From NCBI GenBank assembly GCA_031274995.1, contig JAISPJ010000013.1:86-64085 (forward strand): DNA of 64,000 bases, given 5' to 3'. Position numbers and translations under genes: made by a program. Below, piece by piece: positions 1 through 11,295 of the stretch. Within the stretch, counting starts at the first letter, position 1; every line of letters begins with the position of its first letter. The DNA is from Azoarcus sp. (GTDB lineage: Bacteria; Pseudomonadota; Gammaproteobacteria; Burkholderiales; Rhodocyclaceae). A model generated the notes under the pieces. That model had not been told where the DNA came from. It was given only the letters and a program-made list of their open reading frames with translations, and did not search any database.

Positions 1-673
1 CGAGTTGATCCACCAGCACGCGGGCAGCGTAACAGACCGCTTCTTCGGGATCGACTGCGCCGTTGGTCTCGATATCGATAACCAGACGGTCAAGGTCGGT
101 GCGCTGCTCAACGCGCGCGCTTTCCACCTGATAGCTGACACGGCGCACCGGGCTGAATGAGGCGTCGAGCATGATACGGCCAATGGACTTGCTCTCGGAA
201 CCGAGCGGCCGGGCATTGCCTGGTACGTAACCACGGCCTTCTTCGACCTTGATCTGCATGTCCAGCCTGCCGCCCGGAGCCAGGTGCGCAATCACATGTT
301 CGGGGTTGACGATCTCGACATTTTGATTGGTTTCAATGTCGGCAGCCGTCACCGAGCCTTCTCCACTCTTGGAGAGGCGCAGGGTCGTTTCGCCCCGGTT
401 ATGGAGTTTGAACACGACGCCCTTCAGGTTGAGCAACAGGTCAACGATGTCTTCCCGCATGCCATCCAGGGTCGAATACTCGTGCAACACGCCTTCAATC
501 GACACTTCCGTCGCGGCATGTCCCGGCAGCGACGAAAGAAGGATACGGCGTAGCGCATTTCCAAGGGTATGGCCGAATCCTCGTTCGAACGGCTCCATCA
601 CCACCCTGGCCTGAACCTGGGAGATGCTCTGGACGTCAATGATGCGAGGTTTCAATAGCTCATTGCTTTGCAT
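1..673 (-). CDS. rpoA: RNA polymerase alpha subunit (3' end runs off the window)
   Basis: Not in the ORF track. Manual translation gives [15 protein letters not shown]...[24 protein letters not shown]...[18 protein letters not shown]; GAGGA RBS; lies downstream of rpsD. Confidence 0.97.
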   Translation of the reverse strand, partial: MQSNELLKPRIIDVQSISQVQARVVMEPFERGFGHTLGNALRRILLSSLPGHAATEVSIEGVLHEYSTLDGMREDIVDLLLNLKGVVFKLHNRGETTLRLSKSGEGSVTAADIETNQNVEIVNPEHVIAHLAPGGRLDMQIKVEEGRGYVPGNARPLGSESKSIGRIMLDASFSPVRRVSYQVESARVEQRTDLDRLVIDIETNGAVDPEEAVCYAARVLVDQL

Positions 674-709
674 CAACATTTCCTCGAAACCAGTAACTCG
701 CCTCCCGCA

Positions 710-1339
710 TTAGCGGGAGTACAGTTCCACGACCAGACTTTCGTTGATCGTGGGCGGCAGTTCGTCACGCGCCGGATAGGCCTTGAAAGTGCCTTTTCCA
801 GCCTTGATGTCGACTTCTACCCAGGCAGGGAAGCCGCGCGACTCGTTGGCTTCGAGCGCGGCTTTCACCCGCAACGTGCCGCGCACGCCTTCGGTGAGCT
901 GAACGACATCCCCCGGACGTACCAGGCAGGACGGGATATTCACGCGCTTGCCATTGACCAGCACGCCGTTGTGGCGGACCACTTGGCGCGCTTCAGCGCG
1001 CGAACCCCCGAAGCCCATGCGGTAGGCCACGGAATCCAGGCGGCCTTCGAGCAGTTGCAGCAGGTTTTCGCCGGTCTGGCCACGGCGGCGGACCGCTTCG
1101 GCGTACACACGGCGGAACTGGCGCTCCAGGACGCCGTACAGACGGCGGATTTTTTGCTTTTCACGCAATTGTTCGCCATAGCCCGACAGGCGCTGGCCGG
1201 AACGCTGGCCATGCTGGCCAGGCGCGTAGGCGTGGTGCTCGATCGCACATTTGTTGGTGAAACATCTTTCTGCCTTCAAAAACAGCTTCTCGCCTTCGCG
1301 GCGGCACTGGCGGCATTTCGGGTCGAGGTTGCGGGCCAC
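710..1339 (-). CDS. rpsD: 30S ribosomal protein S4
   Basis: [22 protein letters not shown]...PGQHG...[14 protein letters not shown]...VVELYSR. Confidence 0.98.
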   Translation of the reverse strand: MARNLDPKCRQCRREGEKLFLKAERCFTNKCAIEHHAYAPGQHGQRSGQRLSGYGEQLREKQKIRRLYGVLERQFRRVYAEAVRRRGQTGENLLQLLEGRLDSVAYRMGFGGSRAEARQVVRHNGVLVNGKRVNIPSCLVRPGDVVQLTEGVRGTLRVKAALEANESRGFPAWVEVDIKAGKGTFKAYPARDELPPTINESLVVELYSR

Positions 1340-1357
1340 GGTTTACGCTCCTTGTCG

Positions 1358-1747
1358 TCAGATGCGCCGCTTCTTCGGCGGACGGCAACCGTTGTGCGGA
1401 ATGGGGGTGATGTCGGTGATGCTGGCGATGCGGATGCCCAAGGCATTGAGTGCCCGAATGGCAGATTCACGGCCCGGTCCCGGCCCCTTGATGCGCACTT
1501 CGAGATTCTTGATGCCGCAATCCTGGGCCACTTTGCCGGCGGCTTCGGCAGCCACCTGGGCGGCAAACGGGGTGCTCTTGCGCGAACCCTTGAAGCCAGC
1601 CCCGCCGGAAGTCGCCCATGACAGCGCGTTCCCCTGGCGATCAGTGATTGTGATGATCGTGTTGTTGAAACTGGCGTGAACATGCGCGATACCTTCCGCG
1701 ACGTTCTTTTTGATCTTTTTGCGAACCTTGGTTGTCGTCTTGGCCAT
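1358..1747 (-). CDS. rpsK: 30S ribosomal protein S11
   Basis: [16 protein letters not shown]...[14 protein letters not shown]...[13 protein letters not shown]. Confidence 0.98.
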   Translation of the reverse strand: MAKTTTKVRKKIKKNVAEGIAHVHASFNNTIITITDRQGNALSWATSGGAGFKGSRKSTPFAAQVAAEAAGKVAQDCGIKNLEVRIKGPGPGRESAIRALNALGIRIASITDITPIPHNGCRPPKKRRI

Positions 1748-1760
1748 AGGTCAATTCCTG

Positions 1761-2123
1761 TTATTTCTTGCCGGCGACTGCTTTGCGCGGCCCCTTGCGG
1801 GTGCGGGCATTCGTACGGGTACGCTGCCCGCGGACAGGCAGGCCACGGCGATGACGGACACCACGGTAGCAGCCCAGATCCATCAGGCGCTTGATGTTCA
1901 TGGTCACTTCACGGCGCAAATCGCCCTCTACCAAGAAACGACCTACTTCTTCGCGCAGCTTCTCCATGTCCGATTCGGTGAGATCCTTGACCTTGACCGA
2001 ACGTGTGACGCCCGCAGCGTCACAAATTCTCTGGGCGCGTGAACGACCAATCCCATAGATAGCAGTTAGCGCAATCTCGGTATGCTTGTGATTGGGGATA
2101 TTTACCCCAGCAATACGAGCCAT
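1761..2123 (-). CDS. rpsM: 30S ribosomal protein S13
   Basis: [10 protein letters not shown]...[28 protein letters not shown]. Confidence 0.98.
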   Translation of the reverse strand: MARIAGVNIPNHKHTEIALTAIYGIGRSRAQRICDAAGVTRSVKVKDLTESDMEKLREEVGRFLVEGDLRREVTMNIKRLMDLGCYRGVRHRRGLPVRGQRTRTNARTRKGPRKAVAGKK

Positions 2124-2182
2124 CCGTGTACCTCGTAAGAAAAACGCGAAACGTTGTATTGTAGTTTAACCAAGCACAAAAA

Positions 2183-2296
2183 TCAACCCTGACGTTGTTT
2201 ATGGCGCGGATCGGTGCAGATGACCCTGACCACGCCCTTGCGGCGGATGATCTTGCAATGGCGGCAGAGCCGCTTGACGGAAGCTTGAACTCTCAT
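2183..2296 (-). CDS. rpmJ: 50S ribosomal protein L36 (Zn-binding form)
   Basis: Below the ORF-track length cutoff. Manual translation: [37 protein letters not shown]. Confidence 0.97.
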   Translation of the reverse strand: MRVQASVKRLCRHCKIIRRKGVVRVICTDPRHKQRQG

Positions 2297-2331
2297 GATC
2301 TTTTGCTCCTGTTTCCTGAGTTCTTCTTTTG

Positions 2332-2550
2332 TCACTTTGTCCGGAACACGATCCGGCCCTTGGTGAGGTCGTAGGGAGTCAACTGGACGGTTACCTTGTC
2401 GCCCGGCAGGATGCGGATGTAGTGCATACGCATCTTTCCTGAAATGTGCCCGAGCACCATATGGCCGTTTTCGAGCTTGACCCGGAACATCGCGTTGGGG
2501 AGGTTTTCCGTGACCTCGCCCTGCATTTCGATTACGTCTTCTTTTGCCAT
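2332..2550 (-). CDS. infA: Translation initiation factor IF-1
   Basis: [30 protein letters not shown]...[25 protein letters not shown]. Confidence 0.98.
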   Translation of the reverse strand: MAKEDVIEMQGEVTENLPNAMFRVKLENGHMVLGHISGKMRMHYIRILPGDKVTVQLTPYDLTKGRIVFRTK

Positions 2551-2552
2551 CG

Positions 2553-3875
2553 TCATCGAACCGGGAAACCCGCCCCCTTGAAGTCCACCTTTTTCAGCAG
2601 ACTTTCATACTGGTGCGACAACACGTAATTCTGTACTTGATCCTTGAAGTCGAGCGCCACCACCACCACGATCAGGAGCGAGGTACCGCCGAAATAGAAC
2701 GGCACATGCCACTTCAGGATCAGAAACTCGGGCAGCAGGCAGACCAGCGTGATGTAGGTTGCTCCGGCCATGGTGAGGCGCATCAGCACTTTGTCGATAT
2801 AACGCGCTGTTTGTTCGCCCGGACGGATGCCGGGCACAAAGGCACCGCTCTTTTTGAGATTGTCCGCAGTATCGCGCGGGTTGAATACGAGCGCGGTGTA
2901 GAAGAAGCAGAAAAAGACGATTGCCAGCGCATACAGGATCACGTAGGCCGGTTCTCCGTGCGAGATCTTCGAGAGCGCCTTGCTCAACCAGGCCATGTTG
3001 TCCGAACGGCCGAACCATTGCCCGAACGAACCTGCGAAGAGGATGATGCTCGAAGCGAAGATCGGTGGAATGACCCCGGACATGTTGAGCTTGAGCGGCA
3101 AATGTGAACTTTGTCCGCCATAGACCCGGTTGCCGACCTGACGCTTGGCGTAGTTCACCAGAATCTTGCGTTGCCCGCGTTCGACAAAAACGACGAAGGC
3201 TGTCACCAGCACCACCAGCAGACAGATGAATAGCGCGGCCAGCGGGTGTATGGATTGATCGTGAACCAGTTTGGACAGGTTGGCGATGGCATTCGGCAGT
3301 CCCGCCACGATACCGGAGAAAATGATGAGTGAAATGCCGTTGCCCAGGCCGCGCTCGGTGATCTGCTCGCCGAGCCACATCAGGAACATCGTGCCGGTGA
3401 TGAGCGTGGCGACGGTCACAAAACGGAACACAAACCCCGGATCGAGCACTATGCCCTGGCTTTCCAGACCGATTGCCACGGCAATCCCCTGCGCGAAAGC
3501 CAGGAGCACGGTTCCGTAGCGCGTGTACTGCGTGATCTTGCGCCGCCCGGCCTCGCCTTCCTTCTTGATTGCCTCAAGTTGCGGAACGGCCACGGCCAGC
3601 AACTGCATGATGATCGAAGCCGAAATGTACGGCATGATCCCCAGGGTAAAAATCGATAAGCGCGACAGCGCTCCCCCGGAAAACAGGTTGAACATCCCAA
3701 GGATGCCGCCGCTATTGTCGTTGAAGAACCTTGTCAAGGCTTCCTGATTGATTCCAGGCACCGGCAGGTGCGCACCGAGCCGATACACGATGATCGCGCC
3801 GATCAGAAACAGCAGACGCCGCTTCAGATCGCCGAACTTCCCGGTGTTTCCTGCCGTAGCAGCAGACTTGGCCAC
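2553..3875 (-). CDS. secY: Preprotein translocase subunit SecY
   Basis: 440 aa multi-TM protein: [51 protein letters not shown]. Confidence 0.98.
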   Translation of the reverse strand: MAKSAATAGNTGKFGDLKRRLLFLIGAIIVYRLGAHLPVPGINQEALTRFFNDNSGGILGMFNLFSGGALSRLSIFTLGIMPYISASIIMQLLAVAVPQLEAIKKEGEAGRRKITQYTRYGTVLLAFAQGIAVAIGLESQGIVLDPGFVFRFVTVATLITGTMFLMWLGEQITERGLGNGISLIIFSGIVAGLPNAIANLSKLVHDQSIHPLAALFICLLVVLVTAFVVFVERGQRKILVNYAKRQVGNRVYGGQSSHLPLKLNMSGVIPPIFASSIILFAGSFGQWFGRSDNMAWLSKALSKISHGEPAYVILYALAIVFFCFFYTALVFNPRDTADNLKKSGAFVPGIRPGEQTARYIDKVLMRLTMAGATYITLVCLLPEFLILKWHVPFYFGGTSLLIVVVVALDFKDQVQNYVLSHQYESLLKKVDFKGAGFPVR

Positions 3876-3909
3876 GATTTCGTCCTTTTGCCTTGTTCCT
3901 TGACTGACC

Positions 3910-4359
3910 TTATTCGGTTACCACGTCGGTTACCACGGAGCCGCCTGCCGCCTCGATTGCGGCGCGTGCGCCCTTGGTGGCCCCGACGCCGCGCAGGATG
4001 ACTTTCCTGGCGATCTCACCGGAAAGAATGACCTTGGCAGAGAGCGCGTTGCCTGGAATGATGCCCGCCTGCTTCAGCGTGAGAAGGTCAATTTCTTCCA
4101 CAGGCACGGCAGCCAGATCGGACAGGCGGACTTCGGCATTGCGGTCACGGGTCAACGATACGAAACCACGCTTCGGCAGGCGGCGTTGCAGCGGCATCTG
4201 GCCGCCTTCAAAACCGACCTTGTGGAAGCCGCCTGCGCGCGACTTCTGGCCCTTGTGGCCCCGGCCGCAAGTCTTGCCCAGACCGCTGCCGATGCCGCGA
4301 CCGACGCGCTTGGCGGCAGATTTCGAGCCTGCGGCCGGTGTGATGGTATTCAGGCGCAT
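3910..4359 (-). CDS. rplO: 50S ribosomal protein L15
   Basis: [24 protein letters not shown]...[17 protein letters not shown]. Confidence 0.98.
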   Translation of the reverse strand: MRLNTITPAAGSKSAAKRVGRGIGSGLGKTCGRGHKGQKSRAGGFHKVGFEGGQMPLQRRLPKRGFVSLTRDRNAEVRLSDLAAVPVEEIDLLTLKQAGIIPGNALSAKVILSGEIARKVILRGVGATKGARAAIEAAGGSVVTDVVTE

Positions 4360-4360
4360 G

Positions 4361-4546
4361 TCATTGGCCCTCGCACTTGAGCAGATAAGACACTTTGGTA
4401 ATCATGCCGCGTATGCGCGGGTTGTCCGGCAACTCGACGCTGTGATTGAGGCGGCGAAGCCCCAGGCCGCGCACCGTGGCGCGGTGGGATTCTTTGGTTC
4501 CGATCACGCTTCTGACCAGCGTGACCTTGATCTTCTTGTCGGACAT
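4361..4546 (-). CDS. rpmD: 50S ribosomal protein L30
   Basis: [11 protein letters not shown]...[16 protein letters not shown]; position in the spc operon. Confidence 0.97.
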   Translation of the reverse strand: MSDKKIKVTLVRSVIGTKESHRATVRGLGLRRLNHSVELPDNPRIRGMITKVSYLLKCEGQ

Positions 4547-4549
4547 CGC

Positions 4550-5077
4550 TTACCCCAGGATTTCTTCGACGCTCTTGCCGCGCTTGGCCGCGATCTCTGC
4601 CGGGGTATTGACTGCCAGCAGGCCGTTGAGCGTGGCGCGCACGACGTTGTACGGGTTGGTGGAACCGATGCACTTGCAGGTGATGTCGGTTACGCCCATG
4701 ACTTCAAACACCGCCCGCATCGGACCTCCCGCGATGATGCCGGTTCCGGCCGAGGCCGGTTGCATCAGCACGGAAGCCGCACCATGTTTACCGATTACGG
4801 TGTGGTGGATGGTTCCATTTTTGAGCGAGACTTTTTTCATCTTGCGGCGGGCTTCGTCCATCGCTTTCTGGACGGCCACCGGCACCTCACGGGATTTGCC
4901 CTTGCCCATCCCGATGCCGCCGTCGCCGTCGCCGACCACGGTGAGGGCGGCGAAACCGAGAATCCGCCCGCCCTTGACAACTTTGGTCACGCGATTGATC
5001 GAGACCATCTTTTCGCGCAGGCCGTCATCACGCTCCTCGGATGCTTGCTGCTTGCGCTGGTTTTGCTGTTTGGCCAT
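4550..5077 (-). CDS. rpsE: 30S ribosomal protein S5
   Basis: [25 protein letters not shown]...[13 protein letters not shown]. Confidence 0.98.
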   Translation of the reverse strand: MAKQQNQRKQQASEERDDGLREKMVSINRVTKVVKGGRILGFAALTVVGDGDGGIGMGKGKSREVPVAVQKAMDEARRKMKKVSLKNGTIHHTVIGKHGAASVLMQPASAGTGIIAGGPMRAVFEVMGVTDITCKCIGSTNPYNVVRATLNGLLAVNTPAEIAAKRGKSVEEILG

Positions 5078-5089
5078 TCGTAACCCCTT

Positions 5090-5443
5090 TTAGAACTTCA
5101 GACCGCCTTCGCGGGCGGCTTCAGCCAGTGTCCTGACTCGGCCGTGATAGAGGAAACCGGCACGGTCGAAGGACACGGTCTCGATTCCGGCGGCCTTCGC
5201 GCGCTCGGCAATCAGTTTGCCCACTTCTGCGGCAGCGGCTTTGTTTCCGCCATTGGGCATCCGTGCGTGCATGTCCGCTTCGAGCGTGGAAGCCGAGGCC
5301 AGTACCTTCGATCCGCAGCCGGAAATGATTTGTGCATAAATATGGCAATTCGACCGGAACACGGTCAGGCGCACGGCCTTCAACTCCGCGAGTTTTGCGC
5401 GGGTTTTGCGCGCGCGGCGAAGGCGGGATTCTTTTTTGTTCAT
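5090..5443 (-). CDS. rplR: 50S ribosomal protein L18
   Basis: [16 protein letters not shown]...[26 protein letters not shown]. Confidence 0.98.
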   Translation of the reverse strand: MNKKESRLRRARKTRAKLAELKAVRLTVFRSNCHIYAQIISGCGSKVLASASTLEADMHARMPNGGNKAAAAEVGKLIAERAKAAGIETVSFDRAGFLYHGRVRTLAEAAREGGLKF

Positions 5444-5454
5444 GGACGGCTGCC

Positions 5455-5988
5455 TTACTTCTTCTTGGTTTCCTTGATCACAACCTTTTCATCCGAATAA
5501 CGGATGCCCTTGCCTTTGTAAGGTTCGGGAGAGCGGTAAGCCCGCACTTCGGCTGCGACTTGACCGACCTGCTGCTTGTCGATCCCCTTGATGATGATTT
5601 CGGTCTGGGTCGGCGTTTCGGCCTTTACCCCGCTCGGCAACCGGTATTCGACCGGATGGGAGAAACCGAGGGAGAGATTGAGTTTGTCCCCTTGAGCCTG
5701 GGCGCGGTAGCCGACACCGACGAGAGCAAGTTTCCTCTCGAAGCCCTTGGTGACTCCTGTCACCATGTTGTTGACCACGGCGCGCGTGGTGCCGGAGAGC
5801 GCGTTGGCGTTCACCGCGCCCGCGCGGGGCTTGAACACCAGTGCGTCGCCTTCGCGCTCCACCGCGATCGAAGAATGCACCGCATGGTTCAATGTGCCAA
5901 GCGGCCCTTTGATCGAGAGGTCGCCCCCGGCGATCTTGACTTCGACGCCATTCGGAATGGCCACGGGATTCTTTCCTACGCGAGACAT
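5455..5988 (-). CDS. rplF: 50S ribosomal protein L6
   Basis: Start trimmed to [12 protein letters not shown] (GAGGAGG RBS); [19 protein letters not shown]. Confidence 0.98.
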   Translation of the reverse strand: MSRVGKNPVAIPNGVEVKIAGGDLSIKGPLGTLNHAVHSSIAVEREGDALVFKPRAGAVNANALSGTTRAVVNNMVTGVTKGFERKLALVGVGYRAQAQGDKLNLSLGFSHPVEYRLPSGVKAETPTQTEIIIKGIDKQQVGQVAAEVRAYRSPEPYKGKGIRYSDEKVVIKETKKK

Positions 5989-5998
5989 GGAATCCTCC

Positions 5999-6394
5999 TC
6001 AGGCCACCAGGCAGATGATTTCGCCGCCAACGCGGCTGGCGCGCGCGGCGCGGTCGGTCATCACGCCCCTGGGGGTCGACACGATTGCCACTCCCAGCCC
6101 GTTCATGACCTTTGGCAGATCGTCGCTTCCCTTATAGACGCGCAGGCCGGGACGGCTGACCCGTTCGATGCGTTCGATCACCGGACGGTCGGCGTAATAC
6201 TTGAGCGCCACATCGAGTTCGGCTTTGCCGGCCGCTTCGCGGACGGTGTAAGCATCGATATAACCCTCATCCTGCAACACCTTGGCAATTGCCACCTTCA
6301 GTTTCGACGAGGGCATGCGCACGCTCGTTTTTCCGGCCTGCTGGCCGTTGCGGATACGTGTCAGCATATCGGCGATAGGATCGGACATACTCAT
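5999..6394 (-). CDS. rpsH: 30S ribosomal protein S8
   Basis: [16 protein letters not shown]...SRPGLRVY...[16 protein letters not shown]. Confidence 0.98.
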   Translation of the reverse strand: MSMSDPIADMLTRIRNGQQAGKTSVRMPSSKLKVAIAKVLQDEGYIDAYTVREAAGKAELDVALKYYADRPVIERIERVSRPGLRVYKGSDDLPKVMNGLGVAIVSTPRGVMTDRAARASRVGGEIICLVA

Positions 6395-6406
6395 CTTTTA
6401 CTCTCC

Positions 6407-6712
6407 TTACCAACTCGCCTTGGTCATGCCAGGCACTTCGCCGTCGAAAGCGATTTCGCGCAACTTGTTGCGGCACAAGCCAAACTTGCGGAATACGCCG
6501 CGCGGGCGCCCGGTCAGTTTGCAGCGGTTACGCGCGCGGACGGGGCTTGCGTTGCGGGGCAATTCCTGCAAGGCCAGCCGCGCGGCCATACGCTGTTCAT
6601 CGGAGAGACTCGTATCCTTGATTTTCGCAACCAGCCCGGCGCGCTTGTCGGCGTACTTCGCCATGACCTTGCGGCGTTTCTCTTCGCGGTTGATTAAAGC
6701 CAGTTTCGCCAT
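6407..6712 (-). CDS. rpsN: 30S ribosomal protein S14 (101 aa form)
   Basis: [26 protein letters not shown]...GMTKASW. Confidence 0.98.
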   Translation of the reverse strand: MAKLALINREEKRRKVMAKYADKRAGLVAKIKDTSLSDEQRMAARLALQELPRNASPVRARNRCKLTGRPRGVFRKFGLCRNKLREIAFDGEVPGMTKASW

Positions 6713-6719
6713 ATCACCC

Positions 6720-7259
6720 TCAATTCTTGAACGGGAACCGGAACGCGCCCAAGAGCGCCTTGGCTTCCGAGTCGGTTTTGGCCGTTGTCGTGATGCTGAT
6801 ATTCATCCCGCGCAACACATCGATCTTGTCGTACTCGATCTCAGGAAAAATGATTTGTTCCTTGACACCGAGGTTGTAATTGCCGCGCCCGTCAAATCCC
6901 TTGGAAGCGATGCCACGAAAATCGCGCACGCGCGGCAGAGCCACTGTCACCAGGCGATCAAGGAATTCGTACATTTTGGGGCCGCGCAATGTCACCATGC
7001 AGCCTATCGGGTAGCCGTCACGGATCTTGAACCCGGCGATCGACTTCTTTGCCTTGGTGATGACCGGCTTTTGCCCGGCGATCTTCGTCATGTCCCCGAC
7101 CGCGAACTCAAGCACCTTCTTGTCGCCGACGGCTTCGCCGACACCCATGTTCAGGGTGATCTTTGTAATGCGCGGCACTTCCATGACGGACCTGTAGCCG
7201 AACCGTTTGAGCAGATCGGGAACTACCGTATCTTTATAAAACTGTTGCAAGCGAGCCAT
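6720..7259 (-). CDS. rplE: 50S ribosomal protein L5
   Basis: [16 protein letters not shown]...[17 protein letters not shown]...[10 protein letters not shown]. Confidence 0.98.
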   Translation of the reverse strand: MARLQQFYKDTVVPDLLKRFGYRSVMEVPRITKITLNMGVGEAVGDKKVLEFAVGDMTKIAGQKPVITKAKKSIAGFKIRDGYPIGCMVTLRGPKMYEFLDRLVTVALPRVRDFRGIASKGFDGRGNYNLGVKEQIIFPEIEYDKIDVLRGMNISITTTAKTDSEAKALLGAFRFPFKN

Positions 7260-7268
7260 TGCCACTCC

Positions 7269-7586
7269 TTACGCGTCCACCATCTCGCCGTTCGATTTGA
7301 AGAAACGCGCCTTTCTCCCGTCTTCAAGCACCTTCACCCCGACACGGTCGCCTTTCTGCGATGCGGGGTTGAACAGCGCGACGTTCGAGACGTGGATCGG
7401 CATTTCTTTCTCGACGATACCGCCTACTTCGCCCTTGAGCGGGTTCGGGCGCACGTGCTTCTTCACCCGGTTGACCCCCTCGACCAACAGGCGCTCATCG
7501 TCGACGCGACGAAGCACCATGCCGCGGCGGCCACGATCCTTGCCCGTGAGCACCACGACTTCATCACCTTTGCGGATTTTGTTCAT
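7269..7586 (-). CDS. rplX: 50S ribosomal protein L24
   Basis: [20 protein letters not shown]...[11 protein letters not shown]. Confidence 0.98.
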   Translation of the reverse strand: MNKIRKGDEVVVLTGKDRGRRGMVLRRVDDERLLVEGVNRVKKHVRPNPLKGEVGGIVEKEMPIHVSNVALFNPASQKGDRVGVKVLEDGRKARFFKSNGEMVDA

Positions 7587-7597
7587 TCCAGAACCCC

Positions 7598-7966
7598 TCA
7601 GAGCACTTCCGGCGCCAACGAGACAATCTTCATGAACCGTTCAGAGCGCAATTCGCGCGTCACCGGCCCAAAGATGCGCGTGCCGATCGGCTCAAGCTTG
7701 CTGTTGAGCAACACGGCGGCGTTGTTGTCGAATTTGATGAGCGAGCCATCGGGACGGCGCACGCCCTTGGCCGTGCGAACCACGACGGCGCTGTAGATGT
7801 CACCTTTTTTGACCCGCCCCCGTGGCGCGGCATCCTTGACCGTGACCTTGATGATGTCCCCCACGGAGGCATAACGGCGTTTCGAGCCGCCAAGCACCTT
7901 GATGCACATCACCGAGCGTGCGCCGGTGTTGTCGGCCACATCGAGCCTGGACTGCATTTGAATCAT
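7598..7966 (-). CDS. rplN: 50S ribosomal protein L14
   Basis: [16 protein letters not shown]...[15 protein letters not shown]...SLAPEVL. Confidence 0.98.
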   Translation of the reverse strand: MIQMQSRLDVADNTGARSVMCIKVLGGSKRRYASVGDIIKVTVKDAAPRGRVKKGDIYSAVVVRTAKGVRRPDGSLIKFDNNAAVLLNSKLEPIGTRIFGPVTRELRSERFMKIVSLAPEVL

Positions 7967-8066
7967 GAATTTATCCCCAACTTGCCCCGCTCCTGGAGCG
8001 GTCAGTATTGGAACCCGTCTGGGTCAATCAGCCCGGAGGAACCATCCCCGAAGCACGAAACCCTGC

Positions 8067-8094
8067 ATTCTAGCAACGCGCGGATGAATTGCAA
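8067..8094 (-). promoter_or_regulatory. Putative sigma70 promoter of the spc operon
   Basis: Minus strand TTGCAA (8094-8089), 16 nt, TAGAAT (8072-8067) with an extended TG, about 100 nt upstream of rplN. Confidence 0.55.
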
Positions 8095-8256
8095 GTCTTT
8101 CTTGAAAAAAGGTCCATAAAAGTTCACATGAGAGAAAGAATCAGGCTGTTCGCCCTGACTATGGCGAAGACTGGTAGCATTAAAAGAAAGCTGGGTCGAA
8201 GCTGGGCACATACCCATTAATGTTTGTATTTGCTTGGTATTATGGAGGTCTCTTTC

Positions 8257-8982
8257 ATGCTCCTGCCGCTCGAACGTTCTGTAGCCAAGAAATCAAAGCC
8301 TGACTACAAGGCCCTGCTTGCAGGCCAGCCCCTCTTCAGCGGCCTCTCATCTGAGGAAGTCGCGCGCATCACACAGAATGTGCGGGAGTTTCGGCCACAG
8401 AAAGGAGAAATTCTCTTCAACAAGGGAGACGAATGCAGGGGGATGCACATCCTTCTCTCCGGCTTGATAAAGCTGTTTTTCATTTCACCGCGCGGGCAAG
8501 AGAAGGTCGCGGAAATAATCCACCCCGGCCAGATGTTCGGGGAAGCCCTGATGTTCCTGGAACGGCCCTACATCGTTACCTCGCAGGCACTGGTGGATTC
8601 TTGGGTGCTCTATTTCCCGAAGAGCGCCATTTTCGATGAACTGGAACGCAGGCCCGAGTTGGCCCGGAAGATGCTCGCCAGCCTTTCCGTGCGGATGCAT
8701 CAGCTTATCAGCGACATTGAAGACTTTTCGTTGCACTCTGGCAAAAAGCGCGTCATCGGCTATCTATTGCGGGAAATCTCGGACGAATCGCTTCCCACTG
8801 AAAATTATGCCTGTACCATCCATTTCTCTGTCAGCAAGAACGTCATTGCATCCCACCTCAACATGACGCAGGAGCATTTTTCACGCATTCTGCATGAACT
8901 CATGAATCTTGGCCTGATCGTGGTGCATGGCCGGGAAATTCGTATTCCTGACATTCGCAGGTTGCAGCAGTACGAAGACTAG
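8257..8982 (+). CDS. Crp/Fnr-family transcriptional regulator (Dnr-like)
   Basis: cNMP-binding-fold N-terminus (ILFNKGD...FGEALMF), HTH IASHLNMTQEHFSRILHEL with ExxSR; no FNR-type Cys cluster; GGAGG RBS. Confidence 0.88.
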   Translation: MLLPLERSVAKKSKPDYKALLAGQPLFSGLSSEEVARITQNVREFRPQKGEILFNKGDECRGMHILLSGLIKLFFISPRGQEKVAEIIHPGQMFGEALMFLERPYIVTSQALVDSWVLYFPKSAIFDELERRPELARKMLASLSVRMHQLISDIEDFSLHSGKKRVIGYLLREISDESLPTENYACTIHFSVSKNVIASHLNMTQEHFSRILHELMNLGLIVVHGREIRIPDIRRLQQYED

Positions 8983-9100
8983 GGCCTGGGGCGCCGCGTC
9001 ATCGCTGAAGCCGCTGCCGATAGACTGGTATACAATTCAATTCAATCCCGATTTTAGCCGGGCGTTGCGCCGCTTTCCCGTTTCCGCCCCTGTCGCAGGC

Positions 9101-10090
9101 ATGAATACTGTTTCTTCCTCGTCCTCCCATCGCGCCTTGGAACTGGGCCGCCGTGTGCTCGAAATTGAGGCACAAGCGGTCGCCGCGCTTGCCGGACGGC
9201 TCGGGGAAACCTTTGGGCAAGCTGTCGATATGATTCTCCGGTGCCGGGGGCGGGTCATCGTCAGTGGTATTGGCAAATCCGGGCACATCGCGCGCAAATT
9301 CGCAGCCACCCTGGCGAGCACGGGAACTCCGGCTTACTTCGTGCATGCGGCGGAAGCCGCGCACGGCGACCTCGGAATGATTGCCGCAGAAGATATCGTG
9401 ATTGCGATCTCCAACTCGGGCGCGGGCGCGGAATTGCTTACCATCGTGCCGCAGGTCAAACGGCGCGGGGCGCGGCTTATCGCCATGACTGGCAACGCCG
9501 GTTCGCCGCTCGCGCGTGAAGCCGATGTTCATCTCGATGCCGGCGTCAGTGAAGAAGCCTGCCCGCTCAATCTTGTGCCCACCGCCAGCACGACTGCCGA
9601 ACTGGCTCTGTCGGACGCGGTTGCGGTGGCGCTGCTTGATGCGCGTGGTTTTGATATTAAAGATTTTGCGCGCTCGCATCCCGGCGGCAATCTTGGGCGG
9701 CGTCTGCTCACACACGTGCGCGATGTCATGCGCCCGTGCGAACGCACACCGGTCATAGCGAGCGACGCGCTCCTGATAGAGACGCTGCTCGTCATGACGC
9801 GCGGCGGCATGGGCATGGCGGTGGCGCAGGGAAACGACGGCAAACCGGAAGGCATTTTTACCGATGGCGATTTGCGCCGCGCCCTGGAAAACGGCATCGA
9901 CGTGCGTACTACGCGGCTTGCCGGGGTTATAACGAAAAACCCGCGCACTATCGGGCCGGACGCTCTTGCGGTAGAAGCCGCCGAGATGATGGAGCGGCTG
10001 CGCATCAGCCAATTGTTGGTCGTCAATGAGGCAGGGGCGCTCATGGGGGCGCTGAACACGCACGACCTTATGCAGGCGCGGGTCATCTGA
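9101..10090 (+). CDS. kdsD: Arabinose-5-phosphate isomerase, KpsF/GutQ family (SIS + 2 CBS)
   Basis: SGIGKSGHIARKFAATLASTGTP, HGDLGMI, PTASTTA, SHPGGNLGRRL, C-terminal CBS pair; next to lptC. Confidence 0.93.
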   Translation: MNTVSSSSSHRALELGRRVLEIEAQAVAALAGRLGETFGQAVDMILRCRGRVIVSGIGKSGHIARKFAATLASTGTPAYFVHAAEAAHGDLGMIAAEDIVIAISNSGAGAELLTIVPQVKRRGARLIAMTGNAGSPLAREADVHLDAGVSEEACPLNLVPTASTTAELALSDAVAVALLDARGFDIKDFARSHPGGNLGRRLLTHVRDVMRPCERTPVIASDALLIETLLVMTRGGMGMAVAQGNDGKPEGIFTDGDLRRALENGIDVRTTRLAGVITKNPRTIGPDALAVEAAEMMERLRISQLLVVNEAGALMGALNTHDLMQARVI

Positions 10091-10680
10091 TGCACGGATT
10101 TCTCAACCTCGTCTACCGATTTTACCCCTTGGCCATCGCGGGGCTGCTTGCTGCTTGGGCGATCTGGCTCGAACGCGCAATCCACGGCCACGAACCTGCC
10201 TTTGAGTCCGTCATTAACCAAACTCCTGATTTTGTCGCCGAGACGGTGCGCATTACGGGTTTTGCTGAAGACGGCAAATGGCGCTATACGCTGGATTCCC
10301 CGCGCATCACTCATCTGCCGGTCACTGACTCGGCCCGCATCGAACAACCAAGGTTGCAGCTCATCGGCCAAGGGCGGCATATGCGGGTCGACGCTGACCA
10401 TGGCGACATTGGCCCCAAGGGTGAGCAGATAGATTTTTCCGGAAACGTCAAAGTCGAACGCGAAGGCGCTCCCCTCGACCCGCCCATGCGGCTTTCCTCG
10501 GCGCAACTCACGGTCTGGCCGCAGGAGCAGCGAGCCGCCAGCAGCGTTCCCGTTCACCTCACCCAGGGGGAAATTCGCGCCGATGCCGACAATTTGGTGG
10601 CCGACAACGTATTCGGCATTATGAGACTGTCCGGGAAAGTCAAGATGCATCTCGTTGCCCGTCACCAGAGAAATCCATGA
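10090..10680 (+). CDS. lptC: LPS export protein LptC
   Basis: Single N-terminal TM, PDFVAE...beta-jellyroll-like body; located between kdsD and lptA. Confidence 0.85.
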   Translation: MHGFLNLVYRFYPLAIAGLLAAWAIWLERAIHGHEPAFESVINQTPDFVAETVRITGFAEDGKWRYTLDSPRITHLPVTDSARIEQPRLQLIGQGRHMRVDADHGDIGPKGEQIDFSGNVKVEREGAPLDPPMRLSSAQLTVWPQEQRAASSVPVHLTQGEIRADADNLVADNVFGIMRLSGKVKMHLVARHQRNP

Positions 10681-11237
10681 CGCGCGTTTCCCCCATTGCC
10701 CTTGCCGCTCTGTTGTTGGTTGCCGTGCCTGCCTGCGCCCAGCCGTCCGGCCGCGACCAGCCGGTCAACATCGACGCCGACAAAGTGGCTGTGGACGACC
10801 GCAATAAAGTTCACGTCTTTGAAGGCAACGTTGTACTGACCCAGGGGACGTTGACGATCAAGGGCGATAAAATCGTCATTACACAAAATGCTGCCGGTTT
10901 TTACAATGGCGTTGCCACTGCCGGAAGCGGTCGGCTGGTCGCTTTTCGTCAAAAACGCGCAAGTGACGGTGTCTGGATCGACGGCGAAGCCGAACGAATC
11001 GAATACAACAACCAGAGCGAACGTGCAAAACTTTTCAATCGTGCCCGGATTCAGAGCGCCGGCAATATGGTGCGGGGCCAGTACATCGAATACGATGTCA
11101 CCACCGAAAACTATTTCGTGACCGACGCGGCCGAGCGTTCCGGCGGGGGGGGAGTCCCCCCGGGGAACCGCGTTCACGTCACCATCCAGCCCAAGAACAA
11201 CAATAAAACCGATCCAGCGGCCATTGAGCCTCGCTGA
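10677..11237 (+). CDS. lptA: LPS transport periplasmic protein LptA
   Basis: Signal peptide, DQPVNIDAD...FEGNVVLTQGTLTIKGDKIVI...RVHVTIQP. Confidence 0.92.
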   Translation: MTRVSPIALAALLLVAVPACAQPSGRDQPVNIDADKVAVDDRNKVHVFEGNVVLTQGTLTIKGDKIVITQNAAGFYNGVATAGSGRLVAFRQKRASDGVWIDGEAERIEYNNQSERAKLFNRARIQSAGNMVRGQYIEYDVTTENYFVTDAAERSGGGGVPPGNRVHVTIQPKNNNKTDPAAIEPR

Positions 11238-11295
11238 AAAAGCGGCACAAAAGCGACTTGGGAAAAAAATTCTCACAATGAGCGGGAATTTTTCT

